A stretch of DNA of 63,027 bases, filler included, from Globobulimina sp. (Eukaryota): assembly GCA_003354225.1 (NCBI GenBank). It is 46 parts of 46 records of this genome, joined end to end, with 100 filler letters (N's around TTAATTAATTAA, not from the genome) between each part and the next. Parts side by side here need not be neighbours in the genome. Positions count along the whole stretch, not along the records: positions 61,757 to 63,027 come from PIVH01019704.1; 45 more parts are not named here. One strand, written 5' to 3'. Positions 61,757 through 63,027 of the stretch are shown piece by piece. Below the pieces are notes generated by a model. The model worked only from the letters and a program-made list of their open reading frames with translations, searched no databases and had not been told where the DNA came from. A program made the position numbers and the translations under genes. Position 1 is the first letter of the stretch, and every line of letters begins with the position of its first letter.

Positions 61757-63027
61757 ACAATGAATATAATGTCCAACGAGGAGGGATAATCATCGATGTC
61801 GCAGGCCACCGTAGTCGGTGCCTGTGTGGGTGGCGAGGTGGGAGCCGACGTAGGCGCAGTGGTGGGGTTATACGTCGGTGCCGGCGTCGGCGTAGTAGTC
61901 GGAGCGTCCGTAGGTGCAGCGGTAGGGTCCGTAGTCGGTGCGTGCGTCGGCGGTACGATCCATTCATGGATACAGAAGGTGACAAAGGGCCAGATTTCAT
62001 CCACATTGTTGGGTATACTGCCTTCGCCTACATGTGGTATAATAGTTGGATACCAAGGGTCCGTTTTAGTATTCATGTCATTAAACATAAAGAATACATC
62101 ATCGAAGTATTGCGTTTTGTATACAACGCCATTGGTTAACGTCGGTGCTTGTACTTTGATGTTCAAATCTTTTGGTCGACAGCCAACGCCATATTTATCG
62201 ATGGTGATATCCAATGTATAGGTATCGCCGCGACCTAACCTCGAATCTGAATGTGTAGGAAAGGAGAAATTGTACCAATTGTATGTATCGCCGTCTTTAT
62301 CCAATGCAAAATGCACGACATTGGCCTTGTTTTTGGCGAACAATGCATTTGGATCACGGTGCGTATTGTTGTTCCAGTGCCATAATTTCGCAGTTAATGT
62401 AATATTATCCGTTGTACACAATGACTCTGCTAATATGGAGACTTGGTGCGGCCAAATATGCACAGATCTATCCTTGGTGATATATTCCTCGCGTACCCGA
62501 AAAGTGTATAAAAAGCCAATATTCTGTGCATCCATAGTTAAATTACCAACGCTTTCATTATATAACGGCTGCACTGAGTCTTTCTTGTGTGGATAGATAG
62601 GAATGTTACATCCATACGTCAATACGCGGCAAAATTGATTGAAAAACTCATTATTGACTGCGGTCTGAGTCTCTGGTAAGTCGACGAGGTCTCCCACTTC
62701 GATGAAATCCACAGTTTCAAAGCACAAAAATGCATTTAAATTGAGCAGCACTTCAGTGCCAATGGTGACTATTTTCAACGAGATGTCGTATTCGCGGAAA
62801 CCTTTTGCAGGGTCAAAGGACGAACCTACCCCACCGCTGGGACATGGCTCTTGATACTCGTCGTCGACAGATTGAGGCAAACCGTCGGTTAATAACAACA
62901 CCATACTTGGCTCATCATCTCTCCGTTGCTGCCGCACGATTTCCAATGCCTCGTTCAACGCGTCCTTGGTATGTGTGCCGTGAATGGTATCCAACATATC
63001 ATGCGGGCGGCTAATATTTAATATGAA
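61757..63027 (-). CDS. vWA-domain surface protein with Thr/Pro (TxAPT) repeats (partial)
   Basis: THTKDAL..VLLLTDGLP..IVTIG (vWA); PTxAPT repeats; LDIIFI starts a second vWA domain. Confidence 0.85.

Overview
This window is not one locus. It is an artificial concatenation of 46 short contigs, each about 1.27 kb (1273 bp for contigs 1-16, 1272 bp for 17-45, last 1271 bp). They are joined by 100-bp linkers (N44-TTAATTAATTAA-N44), so adjacency across linkers has no biological meaning. Most contigs are AT-rich eukaryotic genomic DNA with short spliceosomal introns (50-117 nt). The gene content (7TM-RGS, SAM/U-box, vWA-Thr/Pro, divergent H4) suggests a protist, possibly a foraminiferan/rhizarian; this assignment is inference. 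Several contigs look chimeric or come from other organisms, as expected from whole-genome amplification. Recognisable genes: H1, H2A, two H4, RPL3, CAPZB, TOP3A, REV3, WDR46/UTP7, NDRG, a GlcNAc kinase, NDK, a SMYD-type SET protein, a CAMK-group kinase, ABCC, GH127, DRAM/Frag1, GRDP, an LTR gag and an integrase. The most notable signals are: (1) an identical 38-nt histone 3' stem-loop block behind H2A and both H4 genes in tandem histone clusters; (2) a 64-nt tRNA-like element with a truncated anticodon arm (mascRNA-like) 6 nt after a stop codon; (3) an H4 with no histidines and a rewritten K20 neighbourhood; (4) a 31-nt non-coding motif shared by two unrelated contigs; (5) Orai-like and ApoL-like membrane proteins, a membrane-anchored NDK, and several MITE-like or palindromic repeats.
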